Shown here: piece after piece, positions 57,281 to 64,000 of the stretch
How positions within the stretch are numbered: the stretch's first letter is position 1
Layout: the number at the start of each line of letters is the position of its first letter
Assembly (NCBI GenBank): GCA_964570655.1
Contig: CAZMYU010000002.1
Location: forward strand, 11,367 to 75,366
Direction: 5' to 3'
DNA from: an uncultured Gammaproteobacteria bacterium
Lineage (GTDB): Bacteria; Patescibacteriota; Patescibacteriia; Patescibacteriales; UBA12465
Length of the DNA stretch: 64,000 nt
Position numbers and translations under genes: made by a program
The notes under the pieces: model-generated
The model's input: only the letters and a program-made list of their open reading frames with translations
The model's database searches: none
Told to the model about the DNA's origin: nothing

Positions 57281-57316
57281 GGTGTCAGGCACCAAGTAAT
57301 AAAGGTGCCTGACACC
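57281..57316 (+). promoter_or_regulatory. 13-bp perfect hairpin ggtgtcaggcacc-N10-ggtgcctgacacc immediately before regulator gene start
   Basis: verified inverted repeat; near-identical core to mraZ 5' UTR hairpin. Confidence 0.4.
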
Positions 57317-57329
57317 AGCAATTAAATCT

Positions 57330-57926
57330 ATGCTAGATATTTTTTTTGGCTCTAAGATTCGAGTCAAAATATTGCAATTATTTTATTTGAACCCAGACAA
57401 TCCTTATTATCTCCGGCAACTCACCAAAGATTTGGGGTGGCCGATAAATTCGGTGCGTTTAGAATTGAAAAAACTAGAAGCCTCTGGTCTACTTAAGGTT
57501 TCTAGCGACAAAGGCGATAAACGTCTTTATAGTTTGAATACCGATTTTTTATTATACTCAGAAATTAGAGCTCTAATTTTGAAATCGCAAATTTTAGCTG
57601 CCCAAAAATTGGCAGTTAACTTGCTCAAAGATGGTCATATTAAACTTCTCATATTATCTGGTCATTTTACGGGCTGTTTTCATTTGCCTACGGATTTGTT
57701 GGTAGTGGGTCGAATCAAAAAGAGTAGTTTTGTGTCGGCGATCAAAAAAATGGAACAAGATCTAGGGCGAGAAGTCAATTATACCTTGCTAGACGAAAAA
57801 GAATGGTTTTATCGTCGCCAAATTAGCGATTTGTTTATCAATCAACTACTTATCAATAATAAAATTGTTTTAATTAATGATTTAGGAATAGTTTTCCCGG
57901 AAGTCGCTAATCGACCAATCCTTTAA
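57330..57926 (+). CDS. winged-helix (ArsR/MarR-like) putative transcriptional regulator with C-terminal extension
   Basis: 'ILQLFYLNPDNPYYLRQLTKDLGWPINSVRLELKKLEASGLLK' wHTH-like N-terminus. Confidence 0.4.
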   Translation: MLDIFFGSKIRVKILQLFYLNPDNPYYLRQLTKDLGWPINSVRLELKKLEASGLLKVSSDKGDKRLYSLNTDFLLYSEIRALILKSQILAAQKLAVNLLKDGHIKLLILSGHFTGCFHLPTDLLVVGRIKKSSFVSAIKKMEQDLGREVNYTLLDEKEWFYRRQISDLFINQLLINNKIVLINDLGIVFPEVANRPIL

Positions 57927-57936
57927 TTATTTATCT

Positions 57937-59514
57937 ATGCTCAGAGCTATCAAGTATTTTTTGTATCTAGTGTTGGCGCTTTTTGTGGTTTTGTTAATTA
58001 TTAATGCCCGAGCTATTATTAGCTTCGGGTCTTTGTTAAAGAATGGCGCTGTGGCCAAAAATAATTTGACCCTCACTTTATCTAGTATCAAGGACAAGGA
58101 TTTGGCGGGAGCGACTCAAGCTAGTGCCCAGGCGGATATAGCTTTAGAAAAAACAATAATTAGTTTAAATTATTTACGTCAAAATTATTGGTTCCAAAAA
58201 ATTCCTGGACTGACCAACAAATTGGATAGTCTGTCGTTGAGCTTGGAACCGGCGGCTAGCTCCACCAAGCTACTAGCCAAAATGTTGCCAGCTTTTAGTG
58301 GTTATCCAGATCCAGCAAATTATTTGGTGGTTTTAGAAAATAGCGACGAACTTCGACCAACTGGTGGTTTTATTGGCACCGTGGGTCGACTTCAGGCCGT
58401 AAATGGAGCTTTGACCATTAAAACTAATGATGTTTATCATTTGGATATGCCGGCTAGTTTGCATCCGGAATTTAAAGTGGATCCCCCAGGCCCAATTAAG
58501 AAATATTTAGGAGTCGATCGCTGGTATTTGCGCGATGCCAATTGGTCGCCCGATTGGCCCACTAGTGCCCGTAAAATTTTGTGGTTTTATGATTTGGAGG
58601 CCAAATATAGTACTGACCAGGATCTTAATCCACCACCGCAATTTTCTGGAGTGATTGCTATTACTCCGCGGGTGGTGACTGATTTGCTTTATCTAACTGG
58701 CCCAGTGACCGTGGATGGACAGACTTATAGCAAGGACAATTTTGTAGCTCTCTTGGAGGCAGAAGTGGAAATGAATTACAAAGACAAAGGAGTCTCGGAG
58801 TGGGATCGCAAACAGGTGATTGTCGGAATTATGGCCGAGATGGAAAAGAAACTTTTGTCTTGGCCCAGCGATCGCTGGCCGGAATTGTTTGATACTTTAG
58901 AAAAAAATATTGACCGAAAAAATATTTTGGTTTATTTTTCTGATAATGAATTACAAAAGATTTCTCAGAGTTTGGGCTGGAGTGGGGAAATGATTAGACC
59001 TCGAGGTGATTATCTAATGGTGGTCGACGCTAATTTAGCGGCTTTCAAAAGCGATCGAGTTATGGATAAAAAATTCAATTATCAAGTGACTGCCAAACCC
59101 GGCGCTTTGTTTTCCAAATTAACAGCCACTTATACTCATAATGGTTCTTTTGATTGGAAGACTACTCGGTATCGCGATTATATTCGGGTCTATGCGCCAA
59201 TTGGTTCCAAACTAACTAAATCAAGTGGTTTAGAGGATGTCAGTTCTTGGGAAGAAAATTTTCAAGATGGCACGATTCGTTATCAGGTTTTTGGCGGCTA
59301 CTTGCAAATTGAACCAGGTAAAAAAGCGACTTGGGAATTGAATTATTCTTTGCCGGGCGGAATTTACGATATGTTTGCTCAGGGAAAATACAATTTGTAT
59401 TGGCAAAAACAACCGGGAGCCAATATTAGCCAAGCTCAAGCCTCTTGGAGTTTTTCCAAAGAGACTACTGGTGGAGCGCTAGAAGTTGATAAGAAAATTA
59501 ATTTGAGTTTTTAA
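57937..59514 (+). CDS. 'ELRPTGGFIG'-motif (DUF4012-like) membrane-anchored protein, paralog of 45733..48075
   Basis: shared motif blocks with 780-aa paralog; N-terminal TM. Confidence 0.55.
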   Translation: MLRAIKYFLYLVLALFVVLLIINARAIISFGSLLKNGAVAKNNLTLTLSSIKDKDLAGATQASAQADIALEKTIISLNYLRQNYWFQKIPGLTNKLDSLSLSLEPAASSTKLLAKMLPAFSGYPDPANYLVVLENSDELRPTGGFIGTVGRLQAVNGALTIKTNDVYHLDMPASLHPEFKVDPPGPIKKYLGVDRWYLRDANWSPDWPTSARKILWFYDLEAKYSTDQDLNPPPQFSGVIAITPRVVTDLLYLTGPVTVDGQTYSKDNFVALLEAEVEMNYKDKGVSEWDRKQVIVGIMAEMEKKLLSWPSDRWPELFDTLEKNIDRKNILVYFSDNELQKISQSLGWSGEMIRPRGDYLMVVDANLAAFKSDRVMDKKFNYQVTAKPGALFSKLTATYTHNGSFDWKTTRYRDYIRVYAPIGSKLTKSSGLEDVSSWEENFQDGTIRYQVFGGYLQIEPGKKATWELNYSLPGGIYDMFAQGKYNLYWQKQPGANISQAQASWSFSKETTGGALEVDKKINLSF

Positions 59515-59515
59515 T

Positions 59516-60754
59516 ATGATTCTAGAATTTATTTTATATTTAACTATTCTAATGTTACCAGCGATCAACTGGTTGTTTAATTTTGGTTCTTTTCAGGTTT
59601 CCATTGTCGAAATTTTGGCCGGAGTTTTGGCGGCGCTATTTTTCATTGATAGATTTGTTCAAATTTTGCAGGGTCGTTCTAAATTGAAAGATATTAAATG
59701 GCCACTTCTTCTACCAATATCTATATTTGTGGTTATTGGTGCAATTTCGGTTTTATTTTCTCAGTATATGTTGTTTTCTGGTTGGTACTTGGTGCGCTGG
59801 GTTTTGTTTTTTTACCTGGCTTATGTGGTAGTGCCTTATAATATTATTAAAAACGGTGATATTTTGAAACGCTCTCTAATTACTTTGTTTATTTCCGGAA
59901 TTTTAGTGGCGATTATGGGTCTGATATCGCTGTATTATCAAGATTGGGGTAATAGTTTTTTCAGAGTCCAGCCGATTAAAGTTTTTGGTATTTATCCGCT
60001 AGGGACCAATCATAATCTAATCGCGGAATTTTTGGTTATAGTGGCTTGGTCATCGCTGGCTCTCAAGCATTGGTTTAAAAGTATTTTTTCTCAAAGACTA
60101 ATTGATGTCTTGGCGGTTTTTCTAATGGTAGTTACGGTCGGGACTTTTTCTCGGACTGGCTGGATAGTTTTGGCCTTGGAAATTTCGGTTTATTTGATCA
60201 TCAATAATATTTTTATCAAAAAACAGAAATTGAAGTTGATTAGTTTGGTGGCTGGTCTTTGTTTTCTAATTATTATTTTGGCTCCTTTTGCTTACCGCAT
60301 GGCTACTTTACAAGCTGACAATACCAGCTCGACTGCCAATCGAGTATTGTTGACCCAAATAGCTTGGCGGTCGATGCTCGCTCATCCGATAATTGGTTAT
60401 GGTCCAGGAATGTTTGTAAATCTGGTTGATAATAATATTCGTTTTCGAGCCAATTATGGTGACCCCTTAGATTCTCATGGAGTGCTTCAAAAAGTAATGG
60501 CCGAAATGGGGCTGCTGGGGGTTTTGAGTTTGGCATATTTGCTGTTTTATATTGGTCGGATTTTCTTTTTGGCTCTCAAAAAATATCCACCCGAAGCTCA
60601 GTGGCTAATCTTTTTGGAAATCGCTGTACTTGGTGGTTTTGCTTATCAATTTTTCAACACCTCTTATTATAAGGGCAAATTGTGGTTACCGGTAGCTTTA
60701 GTCTTATCAGCTATTAATTTGCTTAGTAAAAAATATGCCCGGCTCCAGAAATAA
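59516..60754 (+). CDS. O-antigen ligase (Wzy_C) family polytopic membrane protein; candidate O-oligosaccharyltransferase/polymerase
   Basis: ~10 TM; 'FSRTGW', 'IIGYGPGMF...DSHGVLQKVMAEMGLLGVL' matches Wzy_C signature. Confidence 0.6.
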   Translation: MILEFILYLTILMLPAINWLFNFGSFQVSIVEILAGVLAALFFIDRFVQILQGRSKLKDIKWPLLLPISIFVVIGAISVLFSQYMLFSGWYLVRWVLFFYLAYVVVPYNIIKNGDILKRSLITLFISGILVAIMGLISLYYQDWGNSFFRVQPIKVFGIYPLGTNHNLIAEFLVIVAWSSLALKHWFKSIFSQRLIDVLAVFLMVVTVGTFSRTGWIVLALEISVYLIINNIFIKKQKLKLISLVAGLCFLIIILAPFAYRMATLQADNTSSTANRVLLTQIAWRSMLAHPIIGYGPGMFVNLVDNNIRFRANYGDPLDSHGVLQKVMAEMGLLGVLSLAYLLFYIGRIFFLALKKYPPEAQWLIFLEIAVLGGFAYQFFNTSYYKGKLWLPVALVLSAINLLSKKYARLQK

Positions 60755-61829
60755 TAAAATCAGAATTGCTTATGTAGTACCCTCGCTTAATGCTGGCGGA
60801 GCTGAGCGTTTTGTTTTGGATTTGATAAAAAATTTGGATCGTAGTCGTTTTGAGCCCTGTCTATTCCTTTATGATCATGGCGGATTTTTTCTAAGCGAAG
60901 CCAAGGCCTTGGGGCTGGCGGTGGTAGTTTTACGTAAAAAATGGAAGATTGATTTCAAAAATTTTAGGGAATTATTGCAGGCTCTTCGAAAATTCAAACC
61001 CGATATTATTCATACTCAGCTCGGTGGGGATATTTATGGACAATTGGCCGCTAAATTTTTAAAAGTTCCGGCTATTTCTACTGAGCAAAACGTTAATTAT
61101 AATGAGGGGCGGATTTTTAATTTTTTTAAAACTAGAACTCTGAAACTCGCCAAAAAAGTGGTGGCTATTTCTTTGGCGGTTAAGGATGACGCCATTTCTC
61201 GTTACCAACTGAAACCCGAACAAGTGGCGGTAATTTATAATGGTCTAAATATTAAACGTTTCCTCAGGGAAACCGATCCGCTGATGTGGCGGGAAGAAAT
61301 AGTGATTGGTTCTTTGGGCCGGCTAACTGCGCAAAAGAATTTTTCGGTTTTGATAAAAGCTGTCGCTCTATTAAAAAATAATAAATTCCAAGTTTTGATT
61401 GCCGGAGCTGGAGAAGAAAAAGCCAATTTGGAAAAATTAATTAGTGAGCTGGGGCTGAAAGAGAAAATTAAGCTAGTTGGTTTGCAGGAAAGTGAAGAAT
61501 TTTTGAATAAATTAGATATTTTTGTTCTGCCATCTCTGTGGGAAGGATTAGGAATCGCGGTACTGGAAGCCGGGCTCAAAGGTTTGCCAGTGATTGCTTC
61601 TAGCGTCGATGGCTTAAAAGAAATCATCACAGATGGCGTCACTGGTTGGAGTTTTGAGTCGGGCAGTGCACAGGATTTGGCTAGTAAGTTGCAGTGGCTG
61701 ATGACTAATTTAGCCACTCCTCAGGTTCGCCAAGTAGCGGGTAATTTACGGCAAAAAATTGTGAGTGACTTTGATATCAAAAAAATAAGCGCTCAGTATC
61801 AGGCAATTTATGAAAATCTTACAAGTTAA
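60735..61829 (+). CDS. family 4 glycosyltransferase
   Basis: 'EGLGIAVLEAGLKGLPVIAS' GT4 motif. Confidence 0.75.
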   Translation: MPGSRNNKIRIAYVVPSLNAGGAERFVLDLIKNLDRSRFEPCLFLYDHGGFFLSEAKALGLAVVVLRKKWKIDFKNFRELLQALRKFKPDIIHTQLGGDIYGQLAAKFLKVPAISTEQNVNYNEGRIFNFFKTRTLKLAKKVVAISLAVKDDAISRYQLKPEQVAVIYNGLNIKRFLRETDPLMWREEIVIGSLGRLTAQKNFSVLIKAVALLKNNKFQVLIAGAGEEKANLEKLISELGLKEKIKLVGLQESEEFLNKLDIFVLPSLWEGLGIAVLEAGLKGLPVIASSVDGLKEIITDGVTGWSFESGSAQDLASKLQWLMTNLATPQVRQVAGNLRQKIVSDFDIKKISAQYQAIYENLTS

Positions 61830-63018
61830 CAAATTCAATTATCTCCGGGGGGGAGCGGAGAAATATTTTTTGGAAATAACCAGTGCTCTAGAAAAAGCTG
61901 GTCATGAATTAGCGGTTTTTTCTATGGAACACCCCAAAAATTTGCCTAGCCCTTGCTCAGGTTATTTTGTTTCGCGCCTGAGTTTTAATGAGGGTGAATT
62001 TAAAGACAAGTTGAAAGCTCCGGGGCGAATTATTTATAGTCGCGAAGCTCGGCAAAAATTTAAGAGATTACTAGACGATTTTCAGCCGGATATTATTCAT
62101 ATTCATAATATTTATCATCAGATTTCGCCGTCTATTTTGTTTGAAGCCAGGGCTAGAAAAATTCCGGTAGTCATGCATTTGCATGATTACAAATTGTTTT
62201 GCCCTAATTATAAATTGTATACGCAAAATAAAATTTGTTATCGTTGCCAAAACAAAAAATACAGTCAAGCTATTACGCATAAGTGTTTTCGAGATTCAGT
62301 GATGCTCAGTTCCTTGGTGGCCCTAGAAATGAATGTTCATCATAAGCTGTGGAAAATTTATGAAAATAGTGTTTCGGCTTTTATAGCTCCCAGTCAATTT
62401 ATGGCTGAAACGGCCAAGCACTTCGGTTATCCCCGGAACAAAATATTTCAGTTGTATAATTTTATAGATAAAATTGATAAAACTCCGGCGACCCTTGGTA
62501 ATTATATTTTGTATTTTGGTCGTTTGTCAGCAGAAAAGGGAATCGATGTTTTACTCAGGGCACTAGCCAAATGTCCCGGAGAGATTTTAAAAATAGTTGG
62601 CAGTGGCCCGGAGCTAAGTAAATTAGAAAAATTAGTTATTGATTTGCATATAAATAATCGGGTGGAATTTTGCGGGCAAAAGTCTGGACAGGAATTACAT
62701 AATATTATAAAAAATGCTAAAATTATAGCAGTCCCTTCGGTATGGCTCGAGAATATGCCTTTTTCTCTACTGGAAGCGATGTCTATGGCCAAACCAATTA
62801 TTGCTTCCCGAGTTGGGGGCTTGCCAGAGATGATCGATGAAGGGCGCAGTGGATTTTTGTTTACAGCTGGTAGTGTGGAAGAACTCAGCGCAGTGATAAG
62901 TAATTTACCCAAATTTAATTTGGCTGTGATGGGAGAAACAGCCCGCGAGCGGGTCAGGGATTTGGGAATCGATAAACATTTGGAGAGCTTGGAGAGTATT
63001 TATAGGAGGGTTTTATGA
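61810..63018 (+). CDS. family 4 glycosyltransferase
   Basis: 'ENMPFSLLEAMSMAKPIIASRVGG' GT4 motif. Confidence 0.75.
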   Translation: MKILQVNKFNYLRGGAEKYFLEITSALEKAGHELAVFSMEHPKNLPSPCSGYFVSRLSFNEGEFKDKLKAPGRIIYSREARQKFKRLLDDFQPDIIHIHNIYHQISPSILFEARARKIPVVMHLHDYKLFCPNYKLYTQNKICYRCQNKKYSQAITHKCFRDSVMLSSLVALEMNVHHKLWKIYENSVSAFIAPSQFMAETAKHFGYPRNKIFQLYNFIDKIDKTPATLGNYILYFGRLSAEKGIDVLLRALAKCPGEILKIVGSGPELSKLEKLVIDLHINNRVEFCGQKSGQELHNIIKNAKIIAVPSVWLENMPFSLLEAMSMAKPIIASRVGGLPEMIDEGRSGFLFTAGSVEELSAVISNLPKFNLAVMGETARERVRDLGIDKHLESLESIYRRVL

Positions 63019-63020
63019 TA

Positions 63021-63120
63021 AACTCAAAATGCAAAATTCAAATGGCAAAACCACAGTGCAAATGTCAAAACTTTTGAGTTTTAAGTTGTGGATTTGAGTT
63101 TTGACTTTTGAGTTTTGAGT
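63021..63120 (+). repeat. A/C-arm vs G/T-arm hairpin repeat (family copy 4) upstream of pilin gene
   Basis: 'aaactcaaaatgcaaaattcaaatggcaaaaccacagtgcaaatgtcaaaac' / 'ttttgagttttaagttgtggatttgagttttgacttttgagttttgagttt'. Confidence 0.5.
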
Positions 63121-63144
63121 TTACGATTATTTTCTGAAAAAAAT

Positions 63145-63618
63145 ATGTATCTAAATAGAAAACAATCAGCCTTTACCCTGATTGAACTTCTGGTAGTGAT
63201 CGCCATTATTGGTACTTTGGCGTCTATTAGTATTGTGTCTTTAAATAGCGCCCGCATGAGAACTCGGGATGCTAAGCGGGTGGCCGATGTGCGCAATATT
63301 GGCGTGGCCTTGGAAATGTATTTTGGTGACATGGGTCGCTATCCCTATACTAGCGAATGGGCTAGTTGGACAAATATTATGTCGACCAGCACTCTAAGCG
63401 GTAGTATTGTGACTACAACTTATATGCGTATTCCAGAGGTGCCCACTCCCAAGGATGGTAATTGTACGATTGCTCAAAATCTTTATTCTTATACTGGCAA
63501 TGCTGATGGCTCGTCCTACGCTTTGTCATTTTGCCTTGGCAATGTCGTCGGCTCCTATTTGGAAGGAGTAAAATGCTTAACTCCTAATGGAGTAATGAAT
63601 AGTGCTTGCGCGCCATAA
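63145..63618 (+). CDS. type IV pilin-like protein (track start 63115; ATG at 63145 gives a 9-aa leader)
   Basis: 'MYLNRKQSA|FTLIELLVVIAIIGTLA' prepilin N-terminal domain, 'RDAKRVADV' shared with 50187 pilin. Confidence 0.65.
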   Translation: MYLNRKQSAFTLIELLVVIAIIGTLASISIVSLNSARMRTRDAKRVADVRNIGVALEMYFGDMGRYPYTSEWASWTNIMSTSTLSGSIVTTTYMRIPEVPTPKDGNCTIAQNLYSYTGNADGSSYALSFCLGNVVGSYLEGVKCLTPNGVMNSACAP

Positions 63619-63719
63619 ATCAACAACACATTTTTGCCTTTTTGAAACTATTGACATTGTCATATCTATATGATATAAAGAGTCAATAGTTTTTTTGTTA
63701 ACAATTTAATATTAACCTG

Positions 63720-64000
63720 ATGAAAGTAAAGATTTCCACTAATTTATTTATTGAAAAAAGTGAAAGCAGGGGAGCCTCAATTATAGTTATTGATTTTGAA
63801 GACCCTACTTTGCCGCAAATTACCATTGATAAACTGGCTTGTTCTGTGTATTGCAAGATCGGGAATAGCCTGAAGGTTATCGATTGGGCCAAGCTTGAGC
63901 TGGTACCTGATGAAAAAATTGATGTTAAAAGTTCGCCTTCTTCAGGTGATAGCGGTTTCAAAGTAGAACCAACCGGAAATTACAAACGCATCACCTTCGA
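63720..64000 (+). CDS. hypothetical protein, 5' part (open at window end)
   Basis: ATG-initiated frame without stop to position 64000; more protein-like than the overlapping minus-strand 87-aa ORF. Confidence 0.3.
   Translation, partial: MKVKISTNLFIEKSESRGASIIVIDFEDPTLPQITIDKLACSVYCKIGNSLKVIDWAKLELVPDEKIDVKSSPSSGDSGFKVEPTGNYKRITF

Noticed and set aside
61235-61717. 160-aa minus-strand ORF inside GT4 gene
   Set aside because: Antisense to motif-supported glycosyltransferase.
62502-62912. 136-aa minus-strand ORF inside GT4 gene
   Set aside because: Antisense to motif-supported glycosyltransferase.
63081-63332. 83-aa minus-strand ORF overlapping pilin gene start
   Set aside because: Pilin N-terminal domain on + strand is unambiguous.
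63698-63961. 87-aa minus-strand ORF at window end
   Set aside because: Low-complexity; the + strand frame open to the window end looks more protein-like, though neither is well supported.
1-64000. Mobile genetic element / prophage / integron content
   Set aside because: No transposase, integrase, recombinase, phage structural or attC-like features recognised; repeats are short structured intergenic elements rather than IS copies.

Overview
This 64 kb window reads as a low-GC (roughly 35-40% by eye), gene-dense bacterial chromosome segment that is almost entirely coding and mostly on the + strand. I recognise no rRNA or tRNA genes, no CRISPR array and no obvious transposase or integrase.

Gene content and style suggest a small-genome Patescibacteria/CPR-like organism: minimal housekeeping genes, many type IV pilin-like genes, proteins carrying an 'ELRP(S/T)GGFIG' motif that I tentatively assign to the DUF4012-type family from memory, a HARE-HTH fusion, truncated TsaB and CysRS, and weak Shine-Dalgarno sequences. 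That placement is an inference from these features. No database search was possible; every protein call rests on motifs I can read directly in the translations.

Recognisable housekeeping blocks:
- Translation: rpmE-prfA-prmC on the minus strand; ileS, hisS and cysS; rpsB-tsf; rplJ-rplL.
- Sugar-nucleotide synthesis: rfbB-rfbD-rmlA-like.
- Cell envelope and division: lemA-htpX; mraZ-rsmH-ftsL-ftsI-murF.
- Other: gap, iscS-iscU, a ZIP transporter, sodA, the CCA-adding enzyme, tgt and dus.

Accessory content of interest:
- A [FeFe]-hydrogenase cluster: a NuoF-like flavoprotein, an embedded membrane protein, an M3-type HydA and a small ACT-like protein.
- Two paralogous envelope cassettes (44.5-51.4 kb and 57.3-63.6 kb). 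Each combines GT4 glycosyltransferases with a large 'ELRP(S/T)GGFIG' protein and ends in a type IV pilin-like gene. The second also carries a Wzy_C/O-antigen-ligase-like membrane protein. I flag these as a candidate pilin/surface glycosylation system.
- A tight trio between hisS and cysS: a Cas4-like Fe-S PD-(D/E)XK nuclease, an AlkD-like HEAT-repeat protein and an unknown protein.

The intergenic DNA is unusually rich in repeated structured elements:
- A dispersed family of long A/C-arm versus G/T-arm hairpins after + strand genes (four copies).
- 'gattgaaa' repeat hairpins.
- A 14-nt tandem repeat placed exactly where a Shine-Dalgarno would sit before iscU and rplJ.
- An exact 29-nt dispersed repeat.
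- Several perfect hairpins whose arms are themselves palindromic, two of them in 5' UTRs of regulator genes.
- A GC-rich island that may encode a small structured RNA.
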